The translations under genes were made by a program, and so were the position numbers. A stretch of DNA of 64,000 bases, from positions 2,394,728 through 2,458,727 of the forward strand of contig CAVNZM010000018.1 of the NCBI GenBank assembly GCA_963693365.1, given 5' to 3'. Position 1 is the stretch's first letter. The number at the start of each line of letters is the position of its first letter. Origin of the DNA: Amoebidium appalachense. Taxonomy: Eukaryota; Protista; Ichthyosporea. Shown one piece after another: positions 31,435 to 44,814 of the stretch. The notes beneath the pieces were generated by a model. That model had not been told where the DNA came from, did no database searches, and saw only the letters and a program-made list of their open reading frames with translations.

Positions 31435-31710
31435 CATAAGCAACCCTGCTCGTCTTTGATCAAGACGGGTTGACCCGCCCAAGCTCAGTTGATGCTGCTG
31501 TCTGAGTTGGAGTGTCGTATATACGCGGGCTAAGGGGTCGAAACTCAGACGCAATTGATGACTTGGGTCCTCCCTGAGGATGGGCTCTGCTTATGACGCA
31601 TACTGTGCACATGGCTGATGTTGCATACTTGAATGTTTGCCTTTGCATGTGTCCTGCACCATGCTTCTCGTCGTGTATGCGTACTTTGTACCGTGTTCCG
31701 CATTCAAAAC
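31435..31710 (+). ncRNA. most complete copy, subfamily A, of the putative structured mobile RNA (161-nt core + tail)
   Basis: Pairings: CATAAGCA 31435-42 / TGCTTATG 31588-95; CTCGTCTT / AAGACGGG; CCCAAG..TCAGTTG..GTCTGAGTT / AACTCAGAC..CAATTGA..CTTGGG; GACCC 31472-76 / GGGTC 31535-39. Confidence 0.6.
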
Positions 31711-31866
31711 CCCCCCCCCCCTCTGTCTCTCTCCCCCTCCCTTAAACGATCCCTCCGGATCCGTCCCTCCCCTCCCCCCCTCACTCCCCCCCCCCCCCCC
31801 CCCCCCTCTCTCTCCCTCTGACTGATCTCTCTCTCCCTCTCTCCTCTCTCTGAGACTCCCTCTCTC

Positions 31867-31906
<40 letters not shown>

Positions 31907-31937
31907 CTCTCTCTATCTCTTCCTCTTACACACACAC

Positions 31938-31996
<59 letters not shown>

Positions 31997-32382
31997 CGCC
32001 CCCCCCCCCCCCCCCCTTTCCCCCCACCCCCCCACCCACCCACGCCGGTGTCCCTCCCTCTCTATCTCCGCTCTAGATCTCGCTCGACCGTGCTGTTCAA
32101 CAGGTTATGGGTATAGGGGGACGTTGGCGCATAACTCGTCACATTCCGTCTGCCTGTTCCGGGACAGCGATCCGTGATTGCAAAATACTGTCCGGGGGAG
32201 GGGGGGGGGGGAGGGGGGGGGGGGGGGGGGGGGGGCTGCATCACCCAATACGTAAACCAACTATGTAAAAGAGTCTCACCTCTACACTATTAACCAAAAC
32301 AAATATAGAAAAATGAATACACCAGAAGTTCTGAGGAAGAGTTGAACACTCCTTTGCAACCTTATATTCAATTGAAATATCA

Positions 32383-32431
<49 letters not shown>

Positions 32432-32706
32432 CATGATATATTTCTATAGTTAGGATATCTGAGTTTGGACGCATCATAGGCAGACTGCTGGATAAGCGGT
32501 TTGGGGTCTTTTTTTACACAATCAGTAGGCAGAAAACTGTGGATTGGTGTTATTCTAGTCTGCTATTTCTGTGATAATACCTCCAACGTGCTATTCCATC
32601 CTAGTCACAAATATTCTCTCTCTGACTCACGCCAAAACCACATACACATTCACCGCATCCGCGTGATGTACGCACACTTTCGCGCGTGCACACACAAACA
32701 CACACA

Positions 32707-32784
<78 letters not shown>

Positions 32785-32985
32785 CCCCCCCCCCCCCCCC
32801 CCCCCCCCCCCCACACACACACCCCCCCCCCACCCCCCCCCCCCCCCCACTGACACATACCCCCTTCCCCCCTCCTCCACCCCCTCCCCCCCCCCCCCAA
32901 AAAAAACACACACACGCACATACCCCTACCTCCCCTTCCCCCCTCCCCCTCCCCCCCCCCCGTCCCTCCTCTCCCCCATCCACAC

Positions 32986-33040
<55 letters not shown>

Positions 33041-33041
<1 letters not shown>

Positions 33042-33280
33042 TCGTTGCCCTTGCTTTCGACATCCCCCGCACCTACTCCGCCGACGGCACAGGCAACGGA
33101 TGGTACACATACGGCAGCGACATCACCCAAAGAAACGCAACAGCCAATGAGAACAAATGGTTAACCATGACAGACCCAATCATCTTGCAGTTTGAGGGGT
33201 CCCCTTACGTCGACACCAGGACTTTTGCACTACTTTCGCAACTCGCCGACCCTGAAATTTGGGATAAATTGGCTGATTAA
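33041..33280 (+). CDS. terminal exon of an unidentified gene (possible upstream exon near 32104)
   Basis: (CA)n-AG acceptor, then an open non-repetitive frame IVALAFDIPRTYSADGTGNGWYTYGSD...WDKLAD TAA. Confidence 0.45.
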
Positions 33281-34790
33281 TGTCCCTAATCCGCAGTGTA
33301 ACGTCATATTGATGATGAAATGCACGTGTACGTCCTGCATGCGATATAACTTAGTGGGATATATGAGAGATAGCCTGGGTGATATTCAAATCCAAACATC
33401 ATTTTCAGAGTGAAAATTGCATTTTTTTTTTTTTGTGTTAATTGGTGTGGAGTCTCTTGTACCATCTTCTAATCTCACTACCTCTGCCTTCTGAAGGTAT
33501 AGTCTTGGTTTTCTTTTCTAAATATCCCCACTCGTCGTTTTATCTTGGTACAGTATTTATTTCCTAAACTATTTGAATGCAATTATCATGCTACTTGACA
33601 GATTGTCATCCTTGTTTGTTAATATGGTATTTATTGTCTAATATAACCTTCTCGGCAATCACCTTTTGATAATTCTGGGATCTTCTAATATAAAAAAGAC
33701 AGATATTCGAACAATAGATAATCTAATTGGGGCCTTTGATTGGCTCTCATAAATGTTTCCTTTTTCTTACCTTATTCCAAACAGTTATATAGTGTGCGTG
33801 TCTCTCTGTATACCCACCTGGCTTGCTGGCTGAACTACACACATGCTGACTGGTGCATATCCTCTGATGATTAATCATATAAGGAACATTGTACAAGCCT
33901 ATTTGTGGTGTGCGAATTTCGCGTTTTCGAATTTCGAATTCAGAATCTCATTTATTCTGATCGAACTGTGCGCACGGTTCGGAACCCGGGCCCTCTTTCC
34001 CTCAGTGCCCCTTGACCCTCCCTTCCTGTCTTGATCTCTCTATCCGAATTCTCTGCAGGGGAAAGATATTTCGGGTTTTTATCTTACCCCTGCAGACTCC
34101 AATGTTCTCTACCGGCCCCTCAAGTAAAACCCGTGCTATAATAAACAACTTACTTGAAACTGTGTCTCCATCGGCTTTTTCCTACGCAAAAACATATTCG
34201 AGCCTCTCTTCAAGACTGTGCCAGAGGGGCGGGAGATGGGGCGGGAGGTGGTGGTGGTGGTGGTGGTGGGGGGGGGGGGGGGGGGAACGAGTAATGCTAA
34301 GTGTACGAGTCTCGGACAACCCTAAACCCTCTTATTGACAAAGACATTCACCAATCACAAGTCCCGATTAGTGTCCAAAATATGTGAGATGCTATCGACT
34401 ACATACAGAAAGGGTCAGGTCCAGCCTTCCCCAGAGGACACGAAAGAACTTTCCATGGGAGAATACGAGATTACTTTCCGTGCGCCGTTATACTGCAAAC
34501 ACCTGATTCGACCAATAAACTTCGTCACACATACAAATATTCGTTACATTCTTCACCAAACCACCCCACCAATCAAGAGCGGTTGTTAAAATAGAAATAA
34601 AAAGTTCGGCCTACTAGACTTTCCGGTAACTTATATTCCGAAAAACCTTGCCTGCATATTACTGACCAATCCACCACATCAGATGCACTCGAACTAAATA
34701 TAGTCACCTACATACAATGCTCTGAAAATACCACATGCGGCGTATTTTACGCCGATTTTATGCCAATCGTTCGCGAAATTTCATGCGATT

Positions 34791-37778
34791 TTACGCCATG
34801 CTCGTCTCTTCCTTGGGCTTGGGGATGGTCGTGACTGGGCCAGCGTCCGTCAAAACCTGGCCACCGGCATCCTTCTGCAAGAAAAAGAAAGAGATCCGCT
34901 TAGTCACCAATTATATGTCATCGGGGAAAACAATTTGATAGTGTTGTATGCATGTGTGTTAGGGAGTAGTGGTGGGTTTAGGTGTGTGTGCCGCAATACA
35001 CAATGTGTGTGTGCTGCGTGTGTGTATGTGTTGTGTGTGTGCGCGCATGTGTGTTTGTGTTTGCACGTGCGTGGGGGTGTACTTGTGTAAACAGGGATAA
35101 AGCAGGCACATGCACACACAGGCCCCTTTCAGAGATGTTATCTTTACAAAAACCAACATATTCCTACCCCACAAAGCCCCAGAAAAATCTCAAACCAACA
35201 TATTCCTACCCCACAAAGCCCCAGAAAAATCCAGGAAAAAAAAAACAAAAACCCGGAAAAAAAAATCACTGAAAAATCAAAAAAAACACTCACCATGGAA
35301 GCCTCGTGGCTGACTGGCGCAGGCACCCCCGTGTAGCTCATCTCCCCAAACTCCTTCATGTCCACCGCCCCATGGTGGTGCCTCTCCAATTTCACGGGGA
35401 CAATGAAGTCGATACCCCACAACATGAAATACGTGAAAACGAACGCGTAAACAGACGCAAAAATAATCGCCACAATCTGTTTTCCCAAAAAGGCGCCGTT
35501 GCCGCCGTAAAAGAGACCATCAGGCGCGATGCTGTTGGCGGAAGATGAGGAGAAGAGGCCGAGAAGGGCGGAGCCAAGGCAGCCACCTGAAATTTATGCT
35601 TGTGTTAGGCTCGGCATAAAAGGTTGCGGTGGTGGAACGTAATGTTTGCGTTTGGCAGCTATATGGGATGGCGTTGCGCACATGTTTGCGTTTGGCAGCT
35701 ATATGGGCTGTTGGCAGCTATATGGGATGGTGTTGCGCACATGAAGCGTGTGTGTAACTCTTGTGTTCTCGCAAATAGCCGAGAACACAAATGTTTGCGT
35801 TTGGCAGCTATATGGGATGTTGGCAGCTATATGGGATGGTGTTGCGCACATGAAGCGTGTGTGTAACTCTTGTGTTCTCGGCTATTTGCACATCTCTTCA
35901 TGCTTCCGGATTCCCTTCTCTCCGCAGTGTCACGGTAATGCATTCACGGTAATGCATGTTCTCGGCTATTTGCACATCTCTTCATGCTTCCGGATTCCCT
36001 TCTCTCCGCAGTGTCACGGTAATGCATTCATGTTTGTGTCTGCTTGGGTGCCTGAATGCCTGTGGCATGTCCGCCTATGTATATGTAGGGGTGGTTGGCT
36101 TAACCAGGAGTGGTGGTGGTAAGGAGTGAGAAGAAAGAGAGTGTGTGTGCATGTTTGTGCACCTTTGTGTGTGTGAAGGGCGTGTGTAAGTGTGTGGAGG
36201 GGGGGGGGGGGGGGGGGGGGGGGAAGGAGTACACACCGACACCGTGCACGCCCCACACATCCAAAGCATCATCCAGACCGACTCTGTTCTTCAACATCAC
36301 AGCCAGCCAGCACACAGCACCACCGCAGATTCCAACAACAAACGCGGCCCATGGCATGATGAACCCGGCACATGGGGTGATGGTGGCAAGACCGGCAATG
36401 ATCCCCGTCAGGAAACCCACAAACGTGGGGTGTCTCTGAGTGCCCCATTCGAGCGCCATCTGAACGGAAGGGGTGATGTGTTAGACGGGGAATTAAAGAG
36501 TGTTTGGTACATAACATAATACGAACAAGGAGAAGATGGCAGGCAAAGATCCGAAGAAACTGCGGTGGCAACGGCAAAGAGTGAATTACTATGCAGTTAC
36601 CGAACAAAAGCATGGTTTTGAAGATGCAGCAACAAGCATACTGATAAACACACTCCCACCATCCTGAAAACAACAAAACACATCTCACATACCCAGGTGA
36701 TGCTTGCAGAGGCAGCAGAGAGATCGGTGTTCACGTACGCCAGCACAGCGCCGTAATCGGCATTGAGCTGGGAGCCAGCATTGAACCCGTGCCAGCCAAA
36801 CCACAGCAAACCCGTGCCCAAAGCAACAAAGGGAACACTGTGCGGCTCAAGAACTTTGTGCTCGCGGTTGCCCACAAAGAGGACGGATGCAAGCGCGGCA
36901 GTACCGGCGGTGGCGTGCACGACAATACCACCTGAGAGGGATTGAGTGTGTGAGTTGGGTGGATGTAATTGTATTCTATGTGTGTTTATCTATTCATGCA
37001 GGAACTGTGCTGGTGATGGCACAAGTGGAGAGCCAAGCACTTGCAAAAGCGAAAACATATGGATACCAGCAGGTGTGTTTTGCTTGTTGTTGCGCAATTT
37101 CGTTGTGCAGTTTGAAGCGAAAAACATATGGTTACAACCAGGTGTGTCTCACTTGAATTCTCGTTGCACTTTTTGCACTACTGTTCCAACCATCCTGTTA
37201 CGAGACGAACAGCACAAAGGAAAAGAACAACTGAACAACTGAACAACAATGAACGAACAAAACAAGAAAAATTCATAAAAACTCACCAGCGAAATCGAGG
37301 ACGCCCCACTTGGCGAGGAATCCACCACCCCAGATCCAGTGCACCCACGGCACGTAGACAAAAATTAGCCACAGAACCTCGAAGATGAGGTATGATGCAA
37401 AGCGCACACGGTGTGTGAAGGCACCGGTGATGAGCGCCGGGGTGATGACAGCAAACATGCCCTGGTAGATGAAGATAACCAACTCTGGATAGGGTCCGTT
37501 TTCACCCCCCACGGTTGGTTCCATGCGTGCATGAGGAAGGCCTTGTCAAAGTTGCCGATGAACCCGTTGCCAACATCACCAGAGAAGGCAAGAGAGTATC
37601 CGCAGATGAACCACACGCAGAGAGCGACGGCAAGAGAAATGAATGATTGAATCATCACAGAGATGGTGGTGTGGTGGGCGACCAAACCTCCGTAGAAAAA
37701 GGCAAGGCCGGGTGTCATCAGCATCACAAGAGCTGATGACACGAGCATGAACGCGATGGCACCAGAATCGTACGCCAT
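34791..37778 (-). CDS. amt: ammonium transporter, AmtB/Mep/Amt2 type
   Basis: Exons: 37778-37287 (LMTPGLAFFYGG; YQGMFAVITPAL; DFAG); 36931-36693 (VVHATAG; LLWFGWHGFNAGS); 36459-36237 (AGLATITP; DDALDVWGVHG); 35586-35294; 34874-34791. Both pore His residues are present. There is one apparent frameshift at the 6-nt run 37505-37510. Confidence 0.93.
35640..36030. repeat. nested tandem duplications in an amt intron
   Basis: TTGGCAGCTATATGGG occurs 5 times. A ~70-bp block GTTCTCGGCTATTTGCACATC...CACGGTAATGCATTCA is duplicated. Confidence 0.85.
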
Positions 37779-39499
37779 CTTATCTTAGTTTGCCAAAGGG
37801 CAATACACAAAACAATACGTTTGAGACTATTTCACTGTGAAGGGGAATAGGGTATTTTCCCCCCTTTCTCTGTGTGCAAAAAGTGAGCTGTGTAGTAAGG
37901 GGGGCGGTAGTCAGGGCTTTTATAGCTTCACAATGGAATGGTGCGGCCAAACAGGATTGGATAAACCGAATGAGCCAATCAGATCACTTCTAAGGTTATC
38001 CGATTCATCAGCGGGTGTAAAATATTCAAAGGTCCCATGGAAAAGGGTGGTTTGTAATGCTTTACAAACGCTTTAGTATTGCTTTTATGCTTACAAACTG
38101 TAATATACAGACAGAAAACATAAGTGAATTTTTGTTTTTTCAGCAAGAAATGCAGAAAGCAGCCTCTAGGCAATACGATCACGACTGCTTTTTTACGCCA
38201 TGACCGATGAACAAAAATTGCGTGATGCAGATTCGGTTTCTCACGACATAATTTCGGGTCGGGTCGACGAAAAGCCTTCTTCCAACTTTGATGCCTTCAA
38301 AATGTTATCAGAAATACTCTGTTTTCCGTAGAAATAAATCAAAAAATTCAATTAAAAACCGAAATTTGGGGGTTATTTCTTTCAAAATGCTCTGTGAAAA
38401 GGTTGGGTACGAACGATTCTTACACAACTGATAACAACATTTGACCCGGACAAGCACGAAGTTCCACTCCTTTTTCAACCAATCACACTCGTGAACGCCG
38501 CAAGGCACTCGTGAGCATATCTCTATGGTAATCAGTCCGAGTAGATCCGTTTTTACATGGGTTTTCACGGTAAAAAGATGCCCAAACTGAGTTAACAATA
38601 GCTTTTACTCATATTATACTGCTTGTCTGTTCCATTGTTAGAACTTTGTAGTACACTGTATGCCGCGGGCTGGGAATTTCGATACAGGTATATCATGTGA
38701 TATGATGCTGGATGAGGTGATTGAGACTCACTCCATATTTAGGAGCCAATCAACTTGCAAATGGCTTTTGTCCAATCGTATCTGCGATAAGCACACCAAG
38801 TTGATTTTCTCCTAGACCCGTTGGAAATGCAAGTTTCGGATATTTCGAATTCCCTATGCCCTAGCTATCTCGTCCCGCAGGGAGTTGGGCCAGTGCTACT
38901 GTACGAATGATATAAATTATTTTGAAGCAGCAAGAGATTACACAAATACAATGACTTCGTGCTATATTCATCTAGAAGCTCCACATTTTTCGACCCTACA
39001 TACAGCTTTAATTTGACAATCGCTTGCAATTGTCAACTTGAAACAAGAGCCGCGTGCATTTAAAGTCGACAAGAAATCTAGAAAGTTCAAATTCCTAAGA
39101 AGTCCCCTCAAACCAAAGCAACGTTTGTCGCACGTCGCCAGTGCAGACGTGACTGACTGATTAAGTCAGACTTACTCGAGTGAGACCTCATGTGGCAGTA
39201 TTGAAGGCTTTGCCTTATATGCATGCTCGGCCAATTGCAATACATATCACTTTTCCTACTTTCATGCCATTCATCTAAAAATGAGCATAAGCATACATGG
39301 GCATGTACAGTGACGATTGCAAACCTGCAAGTCATGCGCTTGAAATGGACAAGGGCATGGGAAAAAATGGCCTTTTGTCAGGTGTGCGGTGCGGTTCGCT
39401 CTGTTGATTGGTTGCAACAACCAGCTGTGCACGTGATGTGCCCTGAATTCAGAGTTGTTGACATGTCAAAAGCAACGACTATCTGATCAATAGTTCAGT

Positions 39500-39641
39500 T
39501 TTTCAGAAAAGCAACAAACAAGGTCGACGGCTGGCGACTGAAGCGAGAAAAAACGGAGGAGAAATTCAACGGTCGCCTCCTGTCACTCACTCAGCTAGCA
39601 GCTGCAGGCCGCATACTCATCGAAGTTCAACGGTTACATGA

Positions 39642-39705
<64 letters not shown>

Positions 39706-41826
39706 GTGTGCGTGTGTGTGTTTAAATGTGTGTGTGTGTGTGTGTGTGTGTTCGTGTGTGTACATGCGTGTGTGTGTTGTGCAAGTTTGTTTATTTGTGT
39801 GTTGCTGTGTGTGTGTGTGCGTGTGTTTGTGTGTCAGCACATGTCCGCTTGCGACGGTGTGTGTTTGCGTGTGTACGGATGTGTGTGCCTGTGTGTCGCG
39901 CATGTATGGTTACATTCAGTGATCACGGCGTGTTAAATATTTAAGTATGTGTTTGATCAATTACAAGGGGGCCATGTGTGTGCGCATGTGTGTGTGTGTG
40001 CATGTGTGCGCACGTATGATGTGTGTATGCGCGCGCATGTGTATTTTTGTGTGTGTGTGTTCTTCATGTGTGTGTATTTGTATCTGTGTGTGTGGCTGTG
40101 TGTTTGTGTGCGCGCGTGTGTGTCTGTGTGTGCGTGCATGTCCCATTTAGTTAGTAATAGGGGAGAAGAGAGAGGGCCGCGGTGGTTTTGTTTTGTCAGC
40201 ACAATTCCACATAGTTATTATGGAGATCATCTAGGCTTAGATCGCAGCCCATCGTACATTCCCTAACAGAGTGTTCGTTAGGGCATATATATCCATGCCG
40301 CATGCGCTTGCTCACATTCACACAGTCACGTGCACATGTACGCACCTGTGTTGCTACAGTGCTTTGTATTATACTTGGGGCAGCGTAGCCTGTGAGCAAC
40401 CGTGGTTCCAGGTTGAAAACAGAACTGAAATCCAGAGAGGGCATTATAAAAAAAAGAAAAGAAAGAAAAGGGGGGAAAAAAAGAACTTTGTTCAGGCTGT
40501 AATTTACCCCCCCCTCCCCCCTCCGGGGCTCCCCCCCCCCCCCCCAACACACACACACACACACACACACACGTGACACGCACCCCCCCCCCCCCCACAC
40601 ACACACACACTATCTTGTTACGCAAACAAGGGCGGGGGAGAATTCGAAAGAAATGGTATGCTCTTCTTTAACCCTCTAGTATTCGTGCGGGGGAGGGGGG
40701 GGGGGGAGGGGAAGATAAATTTGACTAAAAAACTTAAGTTGAAAGGAAACCACGTTTCTGTCATGAACCCCCCTCCCTCCCCCCCCCCCCCCCCCCTCCC
40801 GGCCTCATCCCTTCCCAGTCTACGAGCATGGATGCAAAATTGCAGCACAAATAACCTCAGTCCCAACTCCCCCTCCCCCTCTCCCCCCCCCCCCCTTCCG
40901 GCCTGTCCCCTCCCCCCCCCCCACACACACACACACATACCCACCCACAGAAAAAACACACACACACACACACCTTCATCTTGCCACCTACTGTTATGTG
41001 GTATGCGTGTTCGTCGTTCAGCTCTCATATCTTTCCCTCTTCTGCTCCCCGCGGTCTAACCCATACAAAATATAAAGCTGCTGAGTACTAAACTCATAAC
41101 AACATCGACATAATCATGATGCACTGGGAAGCCTTATCTATGGAGAGAACCGAAAGGGGGTCACGGGAGTTCGAAAGGGTGGAGGGAAGGGGGGGGGGAG
41201 GGGAGGAGGTGGGGGGGGGGGAAGGGGGGGACTCGGAGGCCCCAGCCCCGGGGTTGAGAAGGCATCTATCAGCATTTGCCATTGAAAACAGCACATTTGC
41301 AAGGATCAGTCGAATTCGTCGAGGCGGCAACAAGATAAATGCCTGAGCCGGACCTACATTAATAGTTTTTTTGTCAACGATTACTCGTTGGATTGAAGTT
41401 TACCCCGTGTGTGTGGGTGGGTGATGGTGCGCGCGCGTGTGCATGTGTGTGTGTGTGTGTTCACATGCACGTGCGTTCGTGTGTGGGTATGGATGTGGAT
41501 GTGTGGGTGGGTGAGGGGGGGGGAAGGGGGAGGGAGGGTAGGGGAGGGGGTGCCGGACGACATTTCGAATACTATTTTTTGCACACCGAGACGGTTAAGC
41601 CAGCTCAGCCTCGCAATTCCTAGAAATTCAACAAATTCAACACTTTCCGATATTTCTAGCCTTATGGAGCACTGCTTGGACCAAGCCTACTGTGTATCAG
41701 TCTCTAACTAAAAGCCCTAACCAATGTGCGCATACACACTGTGCTTGATCAAGAAGCCCCCCCCCCCCCCCAACCTCCCCCTCCACCTCCCCCCCACACC
41801 CTCCCCTCCAACTCCCCCCTAACCCT

Positions 41827-41898
<72 letters not shown>

Positions 41899-42443
41899 CA
41901 AGTTTTAGTGTCTTGGAATTTCGGAATCGAGGCACAACTGCGCAAAATGCTCAAAGCTTGATCCATGGCCACTAAGATATGCTTTTTTTATTCTTTTTAT
42001 TATTATTTTATTATTTTATTATTTGCTTACGTGTTATTCAACAGACATGTATCAACCTTACACTGTCTAAGCACGCTGTCTGTCAAATTCATCATAGTTT
42101 TATTTTTGTTGTTAACGAACACGGTCTCATTCATTTTAAAAATCGTTCTTTGCGCATGCATACTGTGGCTCAGCTGGTGGGTTCAGTTTCGGCATGATAT
42201 GTGATATCCAATCAGCCCGGATTCTAATCACAATTTGAATCCTACTCCCAGTACTATTATTTGTTCACAATTAAGTTACGCCTCCGAGAGAGCTTGTACG
42301 TAGGGGAAGGGGGGTAAATGGGGGGAGGGAGGGAGGGGGACGGGAGGAAGGGCGGGGAGAACAGAGGGAAGGAGGCCGGGGGAGGACAAGCTAGGAGGTG
42401 GTGGAGAAGCTCCGAGAACGGAGGGTGGGGAGGAGATGTGTGT

Positions 42444-42474
<31 letters not shown>

Positions 42475-42533
42475 GGGGGGGGGGAGGGGGCGCGGTAGTG
42501 GGGGGGGGGGGGGGGGGGGGGGGGGACGGGAGG

Positions 42534-42564
<31 letters not shown>

Positions 42565-43128
42565 AAGGGGTAGTAGCAGATCCGGGAATTCGGTAACTGG
42601 CAGCACGGTCGTTCTTCGTAATCAAGTTTAGCATTCGTGTGGCGAGGTGTTTCAACCCCCCCTGGGACAGATAAATCAGGCTGTGTAGGTCATTCCCCCC
42701 CCCCCCCCCCCTCCCCCCCCCCTCCCCCCTCTCCCCCCCCCCCCCCCCCCCCCCCTCTCCTTTTTCCCGTGGAGAGAATGACCTACCTGCACTGAGTTAC
42801 TAGGCAGTGGAAGTGGGAGCCTGAGGTGTTGTGGTAGTGGTTTAGTCAGTTTTTATTTATTATTATTTTGGGGGGGGTGGGGGGGGGAGGGGGGGGGGTT
42901 AACGTTGGGGGGGTGCGTGTGTGTTTTTTTGGGGGTGAGGGGGGGGGGGGGGGGGGGGGGGGGGCGACGGACTCATGATACGAAGCATTGAAATTTAGTT
43001 AGTTTACTAGTCACAAGTTTTTAATCTTGGTCAAACTCGTGCACGCTGTGTAGATTGTTGTATATATGATCCCGATGTGGTTTGATATACAATGGAGGCG
43101 TGAGATGTGGGGGGGGGGGGGGGGGAGG

Positions 43129-43160
<32 letters not shown>

Positions 43161-43360
43161 AGGTGAGAATGTGTTGTGTTTTGTAGAGTGCAATGTTCAC
43201 ATCGATATATAACGGACATTACAACACACGATGCAGAGTGCAAGAACACGTGCACATACTAATAAGAATATTCCTACTGAGCAGAGGCCATCCTCCCTCA
43301 CGCTAGGGAAGGCCCAAGCCATCCTTGGAGGGGAGCGGGGGGGATGATAAAATATAAATG

Positions 43361-43391
<31 letters not shown>

Positions 43392-43541
43392 GCGCACTAC
43401 TATGGGGTTTGGACTGGTTCTTGCAATGGACCACGGACGGGATGTGGCAGTTTGAAAGACGAGAAAAAGTTCTTTTGGAAGCGGTGATGGCCTTTGTGTA
43501 TGTGTGCGAATGTGTGTGTGTGTGTATGTATGGGGAGGCAA

Positions 43542-43596
<55 letters not shown>

Positions 43597-43700
43597 GGGG
43601 GGGAAGGGATGGGGGGGATGTATGCCGCAGTAGACGGTTAGAAACACGGAGTTCTAGGAGACACCAAATTTGGACAAGTGAGAAACTCAAAATGATCAAG
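39500..43700. other. scattered exon-like blocks; unresolved gene or pseudogene
   Basis: Short unique blocks between homopolymers, e.g. on +: FRKATNKVDGWRLKREK (~39501-39632), ALYYTWGSVACEQPWFQ (~40360-40411), ALLWGLDWFLQWTTDGMWQFERREK (~43394-43495). I could not build a complete model or fix the strand. Confidence 0.25.
43170..43325 (-). mobile_element. diverged copy of the structured-RNA-like repeat
   Basis: The reverse complement reads GGATGGCTTGGG-CCTTCCC..GGGAGG-ATGGCCTCTGCTC plus a tail containing TTGCACTCTGCATCGTG. Confidence 0.6.
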
Positions 43701-43824
43701 CAATAAAAAAAAAGATCAAAAAACATGAAGAGTGCAGGAAAAGAGTGTTTGGAAGAGCGTGGCATAAATTTGGTTGTTATAACGGGCAGTCAATAGTCAC
43801 TCGGAACACATATGTAGTCCAGCA

Positions 43825-43862
<38 letters not shown>

Positions 43863-43948
43863 CCCTTTTGGATCCCCTTCCCCCGCCGGCGGCCCCCAAT
43901 TTTTCGAAGTTCATCGTACACCCCATCCACTTCTAGGTCAAGTCTGAG

Positions 43949-43990
<42 letters not shown>

Positions 43991-44760
43991 CTGGTAACGT
44001 TCTGCCGACGGAGGATGCAATCAGTTTATCGTATTACGACATGTGGACATCGAGTTGAACTAGGTATATTTACGTGCATGCACATTGCACCAAAGACAAA
44101 AGCATGTACAGTCCATGTTTTTATGTAAAATTCTTCTAAAACAAAAAACAAAACTAAAATGGGATGAAAAGGGCCGAGCCCACATGATCATGCTGTATTA
44201 TATTTTAAGCCACACGTGTGGTTGCGGGAATAGAAACAACTAAAAAAAGTAGGAATATAGGCATATCACATCATTTAAAAAATTCCGATAATATCACACA
44301 GGTTACATCGATAAACACAAGTTGATATATCTACTAGAAGAGAGAGGAAACTCATGACACATGGTATTACATGCCAGCACCCATCAGAATAATAGGGCTA
44401 ATGTACTTTTAGAAAACCGAAATCTCGGGCTCCAACTGTACAGTCAATAGGAATTTTGAACCATTGCCATAGGTCAAATGTACTGTAGATCGAAGGAATG
44501 TACGGGAGAGAGAAGAGAGGAAAATGGAGGGAAAAAAGGAAACGGCCAAAAAGATAAGGCAAAATTTGTGTACGTGCAAGTGCATGTTTGCAAATCCGCA
44601 TTATCTATGGAGATGTATCCATGTTATAGCACACAACCCATATACAAGCGGCACCCATACCAATTCATCCTTAATAATGGATTATCATAAAGCAGAAGAG
44701 TGGATTATACGGTGTAATCACACGCAGAATCGTGTGTAGGTGTGTGTGTGTGCGCGCGCG

Positions 44761-44814
<54 letters not shown>

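Noticed and set aside
31555-31580. Box C/D snoRNA (TGATGA...CTGA)
   Set aside because: The boxes are not conserved between subfamilies and fall inside stems; no terminal K-turn layout.
31535-31590. Hammerhead ribozyme (CTGAGGA and GAAAC motifs present)
   Set aside because: GAAAC precedes CTGANGA with no stem I between GTC and CTGA. CTGA is not conserved (absent in the 43170 copy) and AAC pairs with an upstream strand. Not a canonical hammerhead, though a distant relationship is not excluded.
37500-37530. Programmed frameshift, RNA editing or pseudogenisation of amt
   Set aside because: The shift sits on a 6-G run and adding one G restores the frame. The rest of the gene is intact, so homopolymer error is the simplest explanation.
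40196-44020. Minus-strand continuation of the F-box/LRR gene through 40-44 kb
   Set aside because: A phase-consistent stop exon exists at 45316-45258, and the blocks further on lack consistent minus-strand splice sites.
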